The position numbers were made by a program, and so were the translations under genes. The notes beneath the pieces were generated by a model, which had not been told where the DNA came from, did no database searches, and saw only the letters and a program-made list of their open reading frames with translations. Below, one piece after another: positions 36,442 through 45,286 of a DNA stretch of 47,490 nt (positions are counted from its first letter, which is position 1; each line of letters starts with the position of its first letter). The DNA comes from a bacterium (GTDB lineage Bacteria > Patescibacteriota > Minisyncoccia > Phycocordibacterales > CAIZIN01), in NCBI GenBank assembly GCA_031409775.1, contig JANNXY010000041.1, positions 1 to 47,490 on the forward strand, written 5' to 3'.

Positions 36442-38257
36442 GGTCTATGTTTCCTTTACCGCCCTTCTTGGACACCAAAAACTCGTGAACTTTCTCAAAG
36501 TTAGCGAGAGTTTCCTTGCTTAGCTCAATCTTTTTACGCTCAAAGAGTAGTGTCTGAATCGCTTTATTAAATCTCTCCTTACCAAACACTTTATTCTGAT
36601 CGTAATCTTCGAGAATCTTTTCCTTGTCACCATCAGTAAACAAAGACTCTGTGGTCTTTCCATCAAAGGCGATGTCGCAATCCTTGAGTGTGAAAACTCT
36701 GTCTGAAGCCAGAATTCCTAGCTCGTCAGTGTATTTCTTTTTCCCTTTTTGACCTGCAACATCTGAGTCCTCCATTACAGTAATATCTTTACCCCACGAA
36801 AGATAAAGCCTGATCACTTGGTCATTCTTTCCCGCTCCACCTCCTGGGTACAAATTCAAAGTATCCGTCTTTCCTAGAATCACTTCGAATAGATACTTAA
36901 AAGAATAGAAATCATTTTTACCCTCAACAATCGTTAGGCTCGGCACTAACTCCAACTTGCTAGGCTGATAATCCAATCTATCCAAAATTGGCTGGAAGTA
37001 TGACTGCTGGTTCGGTGAACTTTGAATAAACTGTCTGTAAGGCGAGGCTACGATATCTGTCTTTGTAAGTTCAGCCTCTGCCTCATTGTCATAATCGATT
37101 GCATTGTTTTTCACAATGTAAGCGGCTTCAAGCCACTCTGGGTTAATAAGATGGTGACTGTGTGTAGTGTAAAAAAGCTTACTTTTCTCAGAAATTGAAC
37201 TGAAGCTCTCAAGAAGTTTCTTTTGAGCTGTTGAGTGAAGATTTGACGCTGGCTCATCAAGCAAGAAGAGAATCTCACCACGTTCAGTTGATCTGTTTTT
37301 TCTGAACTCAGTAAAAATCAGGTACGCAAAGAACCATCGGAAGCCTAGACTTCTTTCAGAAATCTCATACTCGTCCGAACCGTGCTTCACTTTAATCTGT
37401 AAGTAATATTTCTTTACAGCAGGATTCTGAACACTCTCTTCCACTCCAGTTCGTGCAGTTATTTCAAGTTTCTTTTTACCAGGGAAAATCTTATGCCAAG
37501 AATTTGAGATAGTCTCAGTGATTTTTGACTCCATTTGTCTCAAGGTACTTTCAAGAGACTCTCTCTGTTCTTCGTCAGTACTCTTAATTCTATTTAAGAT
37601 GTGATCTTCAAGGTAATAATCGGGGTCAATAGTGTCCAGTATGTCTTGCAATACATCCCTGTAGGTTTCTTGTCGGCTAGACTCACCAGTGTATTCCTCG
37701 AGATATATTTTTGACGGAAAATCAAACAAAAAGTTTGGGTAGTAAATAATTGGCGGGATCAGAGTATTTTTAAGATGTTTTAACAATTCAACATAAGCAG
37801 GGTCTGTCTCAGAAAGCGGAGAATCTTTTTTTGCCTTCGAACCCTTAGGTTTTCCATAAATACTGAAGACCAATGATTCAGTCTTAGTTTGGAAACTTGA
37901 GCCTTGGAAGCTATACGCTTTTCCAATTACCAAGGTCTCGGGGATCACATTCGCGGTATATCCTTTCTTTGTTAAAAAAGCACCTATATCTTTAATATCA
38001 GCTTCATCCAAAGTTAGGGTTGCCTCAATAGAAACTTTCTCGTTAAAAATACCCTTCTTGTTTTTTGGTATCAGAGTATGTTCTTTGCCCGATGGTTGGT
38101 CTGTCTCCAGGAAATTAATAGCATCGAGAATGGTTGTCTTGCCACTCTCGTTCAAACCTACAAAAGTAAAAACCTTTGCGTTGGGAGTTTTTGAAAGATC
38201 CAGTTCAAGATGCTTAATACCCTTGTAGTTCTTTATTACAAATTTTGAGTATTTCAT
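36419..38257 (-). CDS. OLD-like ABC/AAA ATPase with TOPRIM nuclease domain
   Basis: IKNYKGI, Walker A GLNESGKTT, SLGFRWFF, LLDEPASNLH, TTHS, TOPRIM IVEGKND...EDSD. Confidence 0.85.
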   Translation of the reverse strand: MKYSKFVIKNYKGIKHLELDLSKTPNAKVFTFVGLNESGKTTILDAINFLETDQPSGKEHTLIPKNKKGIFNEKVSIEATLTLDEADIKDIGAFLTKKGYTANVIPETLVIGKAYSFQGSSFQTKTESLVFSIYGKPKGSKAKKDSPLSETDPAYVELLKHLKNTLIPPIIYYPNFLFDFPSKIYLEEYTGESSRQETYRDVLQDILDTIDPDYYLEDHILNRIKSTDEEQRESLESTLRQMESKITETISNSWHKIFPGKKKLEITARTGVEESVQNPAVKKYYLQIKVKHGSDEYEISERSLGFRWFFAYLIFTEFRKNRSTERGEILFLLDEPASNLHSTAQKKLLESFSSISEKSKLFYTTHSHHLINPEWLEAAYIVKNNAIDYDNEAEAELTKTDIVASPYRQFIQSSPNQQSYFQPILDRLDYQPSKLELVPSLTIVEGKNDFYSFKYLFEVILGKTDTLNLYPGGGAGKNDQVIRLYLSWGKDITVMEDSDVAGQKGKKKYTDELGILASDRVFTLKDCDIAFDGKTTESLFTDGDKEKILEDYDQNKVFGKERFNKAIQTLLFERKKIELSKETLANFEKVHEFLVSKKGGKGNIDHDSKETI

Positions 38258-40872
38258 AGGCTTATCGTTGAACTGAATTGCTGGTAATTCTCTACCTCTT
38301 TGTAGTTGACCTGAATCACTTCAAAGTGTTTCTTGGCTGATTCAATCTTTGCTTTTTCAGTAGGACGCAGGTTGTTTACATCACCCTTAGTTTCAATCAC
38401 AAAGTAGACCTTTTCGCTCTCTACTCCCTGCAAGTCGCGCTTTACTGTGACAATAGCCCAGTCCGGATTGTAACCACCTACAGGAGTTTCAACCTTGTAC
38501 CAGTTCGGCATCTTGATAAAGAGTTTTATGCGCTCATCTTGCTCGAGGTTTAATGCAAAGTTCTTTTCAACGTCTGAGTCATGAACGATTGCATCGTAGA
38601 TAGACCGAGTGACCAGCAAAGCAGAGTCCTCATAACTCTCAATATCTTTGAAGTCTTCAGTCTTGTATGAATCAGGAATAACCTCGTAGCTTACTTGCTC
38701 GACATAGGTCTTTACGAGTTCTTGTTTGATGATTTTGCTTGCCTCAACTACAAACCGATCAGGGTTATTGTAGAAAGCTTCCCAGTTATTTGCCGCAAGG
38801 ACAATTTCAGCGATTGTGGACCGCGTAAGTCGGGTATGTGCCTTGATTTCAGAGATGCAGTCGATCGTTCGAGCTTGTCTTGCCCCCGTGTCGCCCGTTT
38901 CAGCCCCCAGGACCAGAGATGTGATGCCTTCCGCAGAGATGTTGATACCTGCGCGTTCAATGCGAATGTGAGGCTTTTGTAGCCGAATCGCAGATATAGC
39001 CTTTGACGCATTGGTTACCAGTGATTCTGTATCCACCTTTACGAGGTAGCGAGTCTTCTTTGAAATGCGGTCCCATAGCTCCTTAAAGTTCTCGTCTTTT
39101 TGGAATCCAGGTTTGAGCGCAATCTTGCTTCGCTGTTTTGCGTTGTGTGGAAGCTGAGGAGTTTTGTAGATACCGTCCTCCTGGAACTCTGCCTGCAGAC
39201 TGGCGACGTAATCCGCATAGCTGATGTTCGCCACCACTGAGAGCAGGTTAATTCGTCTATCGAAAATACGGTCACCTTCTTGGTTTACACAAAGGCGCAT
39301 ACCACGACCAATCTCCTGACGCTTCTTCATCGATGACGTAGTCTCATTCAAAGTACAGATATTGAACACGTTCGGATTATCCCAACCCTCACGGAGTGCT
39401 GAGTGAGAAAAGATAAACTCAGTGGGTTCAGAGAATGACAAAAGACGTTCCTTGTCTTTCATAATCAGTTCGTATGCCTCGTCATTCTTTTCAATAGCTG
39501 ATTCCTGTTCTACTAAACTTCCATCCTTTCGCTTGGCGAAGTATCCAGTATGAAGTGAATCAAGGGATTGTTGCGCCGGAGCAAAAGCATCTTTTACTTT
39601 AATTAGTTCCTCGATAAAGATTTGTCTGATCAGACCATCCTCACTCGCATAGTTAGCAACCTTATCAATAAAGAAAAGGCTGAGGACTTTAATATCAGAA
39701 TCCTTGTGCTTTTGTTTCTTCTCGACATGAAGCCTGATTGTCTCAGCGATTTGTCGTCGCCAAATATCTTCCTTGTTTTGATTGATGGCTGTTGCTCGAG
39801 AGAGAATAAAACCATTCATAAAATGCACCTTACCCTCAGAACCAAACTCCGGTGCGTCAGCATCGATGTTTGAAACTACATACCCCTCATAAGCTTTGTT
39901 ACCAGTGACAGCGACAAGGTCGTCACCTCTTTTTACATTTGTCGCTTTTACCTTTCGATTGCCCTCACCATCCATAAAAGCGAGTTCCACCTTTGCTTTG
40001 ATGCCACTAGCGGTCTTAGCTGGCTTAGCTTCAGCAAAAGTCATGTACGGCACTGAAGTACCGCTCTCATCGTCGGTAACGGAGAATACCTCAATCTTTT
40101 TTACAAGCCCGAGCTGATACGCATCGTATGGAGTGAGTTGATAAACAAGGTTGTATGGATTCTTGTGGGTAGCAGAATAGCGCAATCGGAATAGCGAATT
40201 AAAGTTCTCGAGGGCTTTCTTAGTAGCTTCACCCTCCATGTTTTGTGGTTCGTCGAGAATCAGAATGGGATTAGTCTTCTTGATGAAGTCCATCGGTTGC
40301 TCACCCTGCATCTGATCACGCGCACCGTAGAGAACGTTAGCGTCTTTGTTGAAAGCACCAACCGTCATGACCATGATATTGATCACGCTACTGTCTGCAA
40401 AATGTCGTACCTGGGAGATATTCTTTGACTGATACTCGTAGTAGCGAAAAGGAGTGTTGGCGTACAGCTCCTTAAAGTGGTCCTCGGTAATTTTGAGCGT
40501 TTTAATAACACCCTCACGAATAGCAACAGACGGGACCAGGATGATGAACTTCTTCCAGCCGTACTTTTGATTAAGCTCAAAGACAGTTCGCAGATAGACG
40601 TAGGTCTTACCTGTACCAGTCTCCATCTCAACCGACAAATCCATTTCATTACAAGGCTCACATACAACCTCGTTGTTACCCTGTACCTTTTTGATGTTTA
40701 CCTGAATCTCATCATCAGAGAGCGTGAGGATGTTTGGATAGATACCAAACAAACCCAAACCACTACCAGTAACAGTTTGCGCTGTGGTTTTCTCTTGACC
40801 CTCAAAACAGTCAATCACTGATTTGATTGCTTGAAGTTGGAAGTCTTGGTTAGCGTCAAACTTAAATTTCAT
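38254..40872 (-). CDS. res: Type III restriction enzyme, Res subunit
   Basis: EMETGTGKT, ILDEPQN, RYSATH, SALREGWDNPNVF, QEIGRGMR, C-terminal YNPDW...IETK. Confidence 0.95.
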   Translation of the reverse strand: MKFKFDANQDFQLQAIKSVIDCFEGQEKTTAQTVTGSGLGLFGIYPNILTLSDDEIQVNIKKVQGNNEVVCEPCNEMDLSVEMETGTGKTYVYLRTVFELNQKYGWKKFIILVPSVAIREGVIKTLKITEDHFKELYANTPFRYYEYQSKNISQVRHFADSSVINIMVMTVGAFNKDANVLYGARDQMQGEQPMDFIKKTNPILILDEPQNMEGEATKKALENFNSLFRLRYSATHKNPYNLVYQLTPYDAYQLGLVKKIEVFSVTDDESGTSVPYMTFAEAKPAKTASGIKAKVELAFMDGEGNRKVKATNVKRGDDLVAVTGNKAYEGYVVSNIDADAPEFGSEGKVHFMNGFILSRATAINQNKEDIWRRQIAETIRLHVEKKQKHKDSDIKVLSLFFIDKVANYASEDGLIRQIFIEELIKVKDAFAPAQQSLDSLHTGYFAKRKDGSLVEQESAIEKNDEAYELIMKDKERLLSFSEPTEFIFSHSALREGWDNPNVFNICTLNETTSSMKKRQEIGRGMRLCVNQEGDRIFDRRINLLSVVANISYADYVASLQAEFQEDGIYKTPQLPHNAKQRSKIALKPGFQKDENFKELWDRISKKTRYLVKVDTESLVTNASKAISAIRLQKPHIRIERAGINISAEGITSLVLGAETGDTGARQARTIDCISEIKAHTRLTRSTIAEIVLAANNWEAFYNNPDRFVVEASKIIKQELVKTYVEQVSYEVIPDSYKTEDFKDIESYEDSALLVTRSIYDAIVHDSDVEKNFALNLEQDERIKLFIKMPNWYKVETPVGGYNPDWAIVTVKRDLQGVESEKVYFVIETKGDVNNLRPTEKAKIESAKKHFEVIQVNYKEVENYQQFSSTISL

Positions 40873-40877
40873 AATGG

Positions 40878-42752
40878 TTAAATGGTTTTGAGGTCGAGGT
40901 TCAATGCGAGGTTGGCGGCGGTCGTATCATCAAGGCTACTCTCAAGACAGATAAAGATTCGGTCTTTGTGCTCCTTGTCGGTCAATTCTTTAACTGTCTC
41001 TGATGCGAGCTTATCTTCAAGACAAATGAGTAACTGCTGTTCACCATCAACCACCTGATACGCATTGTTTTTACCGACAGTAACCTTTGTTACTTTGCTG
41101 TTTAGTGACAAACCTTCTTTAACGATATTCTCGTATACCAAGCTCATGTCATCGCTTTCATCAAACAGTTTCTTTTGCTTTGCCTTTTGCAGATACCCAA
41201 CGAACTCATTTTGATTTTCCTCTGGTGACTTTTCAGGATCAAGGACAAAATTATTTTCAGGGTAGTTTGACTCAGCAAGAGTAAACAACTTAAAGCCAGA
41301 ATCAACTGGAGGATGTTCGCCATAACCATTAATAACTCGACGAATACGCTCTTTTGAAAGTTCTGCAATATTCTCTTTTTTTCCTATACTTTTCAAGAAA
41401 TTCAAAGCACCGACCTGATCCTTATTATCTGGATTCAATGCTTCAGGCAACTGAACTAAAATAAATTTAGCTTTTACTTCTACATCGGCAAGGTAATTAA
41501 TCACGGCATGACCGGTACTACTAGAACCTGCAAAGAAATCCAGAATTATTTCACCACTTTTAACGTTTGCAACCGAAATAAGGTTCTCGATCAATTTTGT
41601 TGGTTTTGGATTATCAAACAAATCTTTTTGTCCAAATATTTCCGCCAACTCAGTGGTCCCATCCTGGTTTGAACCAAACTGTTCATGGCTCCACCAATTA
41701 GTAGCTGACTGCCCCTCTTGTTCTCTTTCATGTTTGAAATATTTTTTTCTTGGGGAACCTTTTCCCTTACTTGGAAAAATGATGCGGTTATCGGCAAGAA
41801 GTGCCTCGAAGTTTCCTTGCTCACCCATCCAGTCTTCATCATATTCAACACCAGTTGGAGTCGTGATTACATATCTTGAACCAGATTGTCCTGAGCCAAC
41901 TTTCCACGGCTTACTTGCCCAATCTCCTCTTGGATCATTATCTGGATTTGAAAATGTACCAGTTAGACCTACTTTTCCAACGCCATAATTTTTTAAGGCA
42001 ACTGAATCTTTTGCGTAAACAATAATATGCTCGCCAACCAAACCAATCATCTTGGTCGCATCATTTGGCTGGTTATGTCTACGTCTCCAATGAATATGTC
42101 CCTGAAAGTTTTCACCTCCAAAGACCTCATCCATTACCATTCGCAAATGATGGACTTCATTGTCGTCAATCGATACAAAAATTACACCATCCTCACTCAG
42201 TAGATTCCAGGCAAGCTTGAGGCGTGGATACATCATTGAAAGCCAGTCACTATGGTAGCGACCATTGGTTTCCTTGTTTGTGGTAGTACTATCACCATCA
42301 CCGTTCTTTTGACCAGTTTGCTTGAGATAGTTATCAAGCGGCGCACTGAAGTCGTCGTTGTATACAAAGTCATGACCTGTGTTGTATGGCGGATCGATGT
42401 AAATCATCTTCACTTTTTCAAAGTAAGCCTTTTGCAAAAGCTTCAACACTTCCAGGTTATCTCCCTCGATGAAAAGATTCTCAGATTCATCCCATTTAAT
42501 ACTCTCTCCAGGAACTGGATTCAAAGTGAGGTGACTAGGGATCAATACATTCTTGATTGCATTACTCTTGCCAGCCCAAGAAAAAGAAAACTTATCGCCC
42601 CCTTGCACAATGGAGTCGCCTAGAACTGTTCGGAGTTTATCGAAATCAATCTTATTCTCAGCAAAAGCTTCAGGCAAAATGCGATACAGCTCGATGAGCT
42701 TTTCTTCAGAGAGATTTGAGGATGTGAGATTTACTTTTTGTGGGTTTTTCAT
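40878..42752 (-). CDS. mod: Type III restriction-modification methyltransferase, Mod subunit
   Basis: IEGDNLEVLK, IYIDPPYNTG, PKPTKLI, LDFFAGSSSTGHAV; directly upstream of res. Confidence 0.95.
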   Translation of the reverse strand: MKNPQKVNLTSSNLSEEKLIELYRILPEAFAENKIDFDKLRTVLGDSIVQGGDKFSFSWAGKSNAIKNVLIPSHLTLNPVPGESIKWDESENLFIEGDNLEVLKLLQKAYFEKVKMIYIDPPYNTGHDFVYNDDFSAPLDNYLKQTGQKNGDGDSTTTNKETNGRYHSDWLSMMYPRLKLAWNLLSEDGVIFVSIDDNEVHHLRMVMDEVFGGENFQGHIHWRRRHNQPNDATKMIGLVGEHIIVYAKDSVALKNYGVGKVGLTGTFSNPDNDPRGDWASKPWKVGSGQSGSRYVITTPTGVEYDEDWMGEQGNFEALLADNRIIFPSKGKGSPRKKYFKHEREQEGQSATNWWSHEQFGSNQDGTTELAEIFGQKDLFDNPKPTKLIENLISVANVKSGEIILDFFAGSSSTGHAVINYLADVEVKAKFILVQLPEALNPDNKDQVGALNFLKSIGKKENIAELSKERIRRVINGYGEHPPVDSGFKLFTLAESNYPENNFVLDPEKSPEENQNEFVGYLQKAKQKKLFDESDDMSLVYENIVKEGLSLNSKVTKVTVGKNNAYQVVDGEQQLLICLEDKLASETVKELTDKEHKDRIFICLESSLDDTTAANLALNLDLKTI

Positions 42753-42756
42753 AAAA

Positions 42757-42951
42757 TTATTTCTTTTTCTTGGTCACCTTTACGTTTGAGGTCTGTTGCA
42801 AAAATAGTTGCAAGTCGGTGTCCTCGATTCTCCAGTAACCAACCTTCGATGCCTTCAACTTGCCATCATGAATGTACCGGAAGACAGACCGTTCACTCAC
42901 ACGTAAAGCTTCTGCTACTTCTTTAACGCTGAGAAGTTTATTATTTGTCAT
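42757..42951 (-). CDS. Excisionase-like helix-turn-helix protein
   Basis: LLSVKEVAEALRVSERSVFRYIHDGKLKASKVG.WRI; first gene of the mod-res operon. Confidence 0.88.
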   Translation of the reverse strand: MTNNKLLSVKEVAEALRVSERSVFRYIHDGKLKASKVGYWRIEDTDLQLFLQQTSNVKVTKKKK

Positions 42952-43019
42952 AACTCATTTTTACTCTCTCACATTTTACTCCCTCCAAAACAGGGTGTCA
43001 AAGTGTGTCAAGATGTTTC

Positions 43020-43048
43020 TTGCTGTGATAATACGGTCGGTGTATAAT
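43020..43048 (+). promoter_or_regulatory. Sigma-70 promoter
   Basis: TTGCTG-17 nt-TATAAT; predicted +1 near 43055 coincides with the first base of a long stem. Confidence 0.65.
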
Positions 43049-43054
43049 CATTTT

Positions 43055-43238
43055 GCTACCCACACAGTTTGTAATAACCCTAGACGGGCGAACGCCTTAT
43101 TTTTGAGTCACAGTTGTGACCAGAGAAGGGCAGTTTGCGCCTGCCACAACTACTGTCGCCCGAAAGGGTTACAGACTATGTGGGTAGCCAGGTCAGGCTG
43201 CCCCTTTCTTGTATCTGGGCAACCATATAACCGACCTG
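43055..43238 (+). ncRNA. Candidate structured RNA or 5' leader (rod plus second hairpin)
   Basis: GCTACCCACACAGTTTGTAA pairs with TTACAGACTATGTGGGTAGC; inner stems AACCCT/AGGGTT, GGGCGA/TCGCCC, AGTTGTG/CACAACT; then CAGGTC..TGCCC/GGGCA..GACCTG. Confidence 0.55.
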
Positions 43239-43262
43239 AATTATTAAATTTAGGAAAAATAT

Positions 43263-43358
43263 ATGGAACTATTTGATATCGTCATCAAAGTTGTCGGCAT
43301 AATTTTGTTAGCCGTAATTGCGTATTGTGTCTGGAGTAATTGGTACTACGGATCTTAG
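43263..43358 (+). CDS. 31-aa single-TM peptide (not in the ORF track)
   Basis: AGGA before ATG; MELFDIVIKVVGIILLAVIAYCVWSNWYYGS-stop. Confidence 0.5.
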   Translation: MELFDIVIKVVGIILLAVIAYCVWSNWYYGS

Positions 43359-43416
43359 AGTTATTTGCTCCGGCGCAATATTCGATAAGTGCAGTCGAAA
43401 AGAGTAAAATTATCAA

Positions 43417-44247
43417 ATGGATGTCACCAAAAAGCCTACAATTAGGCAAGTTGCTCTTGGCGCAAGAAAAATAATCGACCGCCTCGATCGCAAAAGAATT
43501 GACGCTAAGCGTTTGATGTTTTTACTCAACGAGACTGATTTTTTTGATGATATTTCCAAAGCTCGTGAACATTTTAATACTCCAAACCTCATCCGTAAGG
43601 ATGACATAAACAAAGGTGAATCTCAGACTATCGAGCTTCCCCACAGAGTAGGTATCAATTCAAAATATCTTGCGTCACTTACCGCAAAACAGCGAGATAA
43701 TATCGAGAAATATATCTACAAGAACGTATTGCAGAAATGGAACCTAAACTTTAATTTTTACACCTACATTGAGTGGTATTTTCTGTACAAAAGAAAAGTG
43801 GCGGCTGACTTTGTACTTGTACCAAACCCCCACATGTATTTCCTATACAAGAAGTATCCACAGGAATACTTACGCAATAGCCATACGACCAGTGATATCA
43901 ATTTCATGATGCAACAAGTGCGCTTGTACTGTGGCTTTTACGCACCAAAAGACAGTGACGGTCTCTTGCAAGACATCAAGACAATCATGTCCGTAAACAA
44001 GAATAAGGAACGTGGTTCAACGGATTTGAAGAAGTATGCAGATGATAACGTAAGCTTACTTGCACTAGGTACTGAGTGTTACGGCTCGAACTTCAAAACC
44101 ACCACAAGGTACATAGCGACTGACAAGTTAGAGCGTGAAATTAATCCAGATTTGGTAACAGAAAAGATGGTGGAGACTGAAAGAGAGCGACTGAAAAAAC
44201 GTTTGCAGAGACTTAAAATCAAACACCTCACAGGTCTGAAAAAATAG
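43417..44247 (+). CDS. Hypothetical protein
   Basis: 276-aa ORF with a basic C-terminus; no recognised motif. Confidence 0.65.
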   Translation: MDVTKKPTIRQVALGARKIIDRLDRKRIDAKRLMFLLNETDFFDDISKAREHFNTPNLIRKDDINKGESQTIELPHRVGINSKYLASLTAKQRDNIEKYIYKNVLQKWNLNFNFYTYIEWYFLYKRKVAADFVLVPNPHMYFLYKKYPQEYLRNSHTTSDINFMMQQVRLYCGFYAPKDSDGLLQDIKTIMSVNKNKERGSTDLKKYADDNVSLLALGTECYGSNFKTTTRYIATDKLEREINPDLVTEKMVETERERLKKRLQRLKIKHLTGLKK

Positions 44248-44277
44248 TGTCCCCAGCACTATTCCCAGTTCTTAGAT

Positions 44278-44307
44278 AATAGCCTCAATAGAAATATTGA
44301 GGCTATT
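44278..44307 (+). terminator. Perfect hairpin, probable terminator
   Basis: AATAGCCTCAATA-gaaa-TATTGAGGCTATT. Confidence 0.55.
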
Positions 44308-44739
44308 GCTTTGATATTTCTATGGATGTCAAACCTGTTCCTCTTCTGAGGCGGTTGGTGACATCCAAACCGTTCTCGGGGGTGGAACAGGTTTTGTTTT
44401 TAAGAAGCTCCTCTGGTGGAAAGGTTGGCGAATCCATGAGCCTCCACTGGTTGCCAAATTAAATCATGGAAAGGGTGATTACGTGCCATACGGGGATGTT
44501 GTCGCCATCTATCAATATCGTTTTGCTTAAAGGTTTCTGGCGATATTGGGATTACCGGACTGAGGGTAGCGAAAATCAAGTCAGGCTCACAAAAGCAAAC
44601 CTTGTAGCTAATGGAGGTCTGAGAGTGGAAACCCAGGGGACTCCGAGAGAAAACGGAATCAAGTCTCTAGCAAAAAGCAGTCTTACTGACGGCTAAGGGC
44701 TCCCCCGTGCAACCAGGGATGTTGTCGACGAACAAACAC

Positions 44740-44934
44740 ATGATAAGCAATCAAGCATTACAAGAGTTCAAAACAATCTACGAAAGAGAGATTGGACCAG
44801 CCCCAGACGAAAAAGTCTTAGTCGGTTTTGCTTGTGACTTGTTGACGCTCATGGATGTAACTTACCGCCCAATCAAAAAAGAGTGGGCAGAAAAAACAGA
44901 AAATGAAAACTCTACTGACAAAAAGCGCGTATGA
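44740..44934 (+). CDS. Small hypothetical protein of the integrative element
   Basis: MISNQALQEFKTIYEREIG...LLTLMDVTYRPIKKEW; helical, upstream of the recombinase. Confidence 0.65.
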   Translation: MISNQALQEFKTIYEREIGPAPDEKVLVGFACDLLTLMDVTYRPIKKEWAEKTENENSTDKKRV

Positions 44935-45199
44935 GACGGACGGGGACTTCGAGGAGCGGTTGTACCCCTTACTTCACGGTAGATATCGGGATGGAACGTT
45001 TGCTTTCGGGAACCCAGGTGGTCCAGGCAGACCACGTATCGACTTCCTTGGTCGCGCTGGGGTTAGGTTCAAAAGAAACATCGAGGAAATGCCGCCTGAA
45101 GTTCAAGAACTCATTCGACAAGCACAGGGAGGCAACTACTCTGCACTCCGCACAATAATCGATGCAATCAATAAGAAAATTGCGCCAGTGCAAAAATAA
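44903..45199 (+). CDS. Small hypothetical protein
   Basis: 98-aa ORF overlapping the previous gene; contains GTFAFGNPGGPGRP. Confidence 0.5.
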   Translation: MKTLLTKSAYETDGDFEERLYPLLHGRYRDGTFAFGNPGGPGRPRIDFLGRAGVRFKRNIEEMPPEVQELIRQAQGGNYSALRTIIDAINKKIAPVQK

Positions 45200-45286
45200 A
45201 CGGTGAAAATGGGTGATTTAACAAATTAACCCCTCAAACCAATAGACTTATCAGAGAAATTAAGGCTGTATGTAGTAACAAAATCT

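Noticed and set aside
43055-43188. 6S RNA
   Set aside because: The rod is only ~134 nt, the internal bubble is very asymmetric and it lies in a mobile element; a covariance search is needed to exclude it firmly
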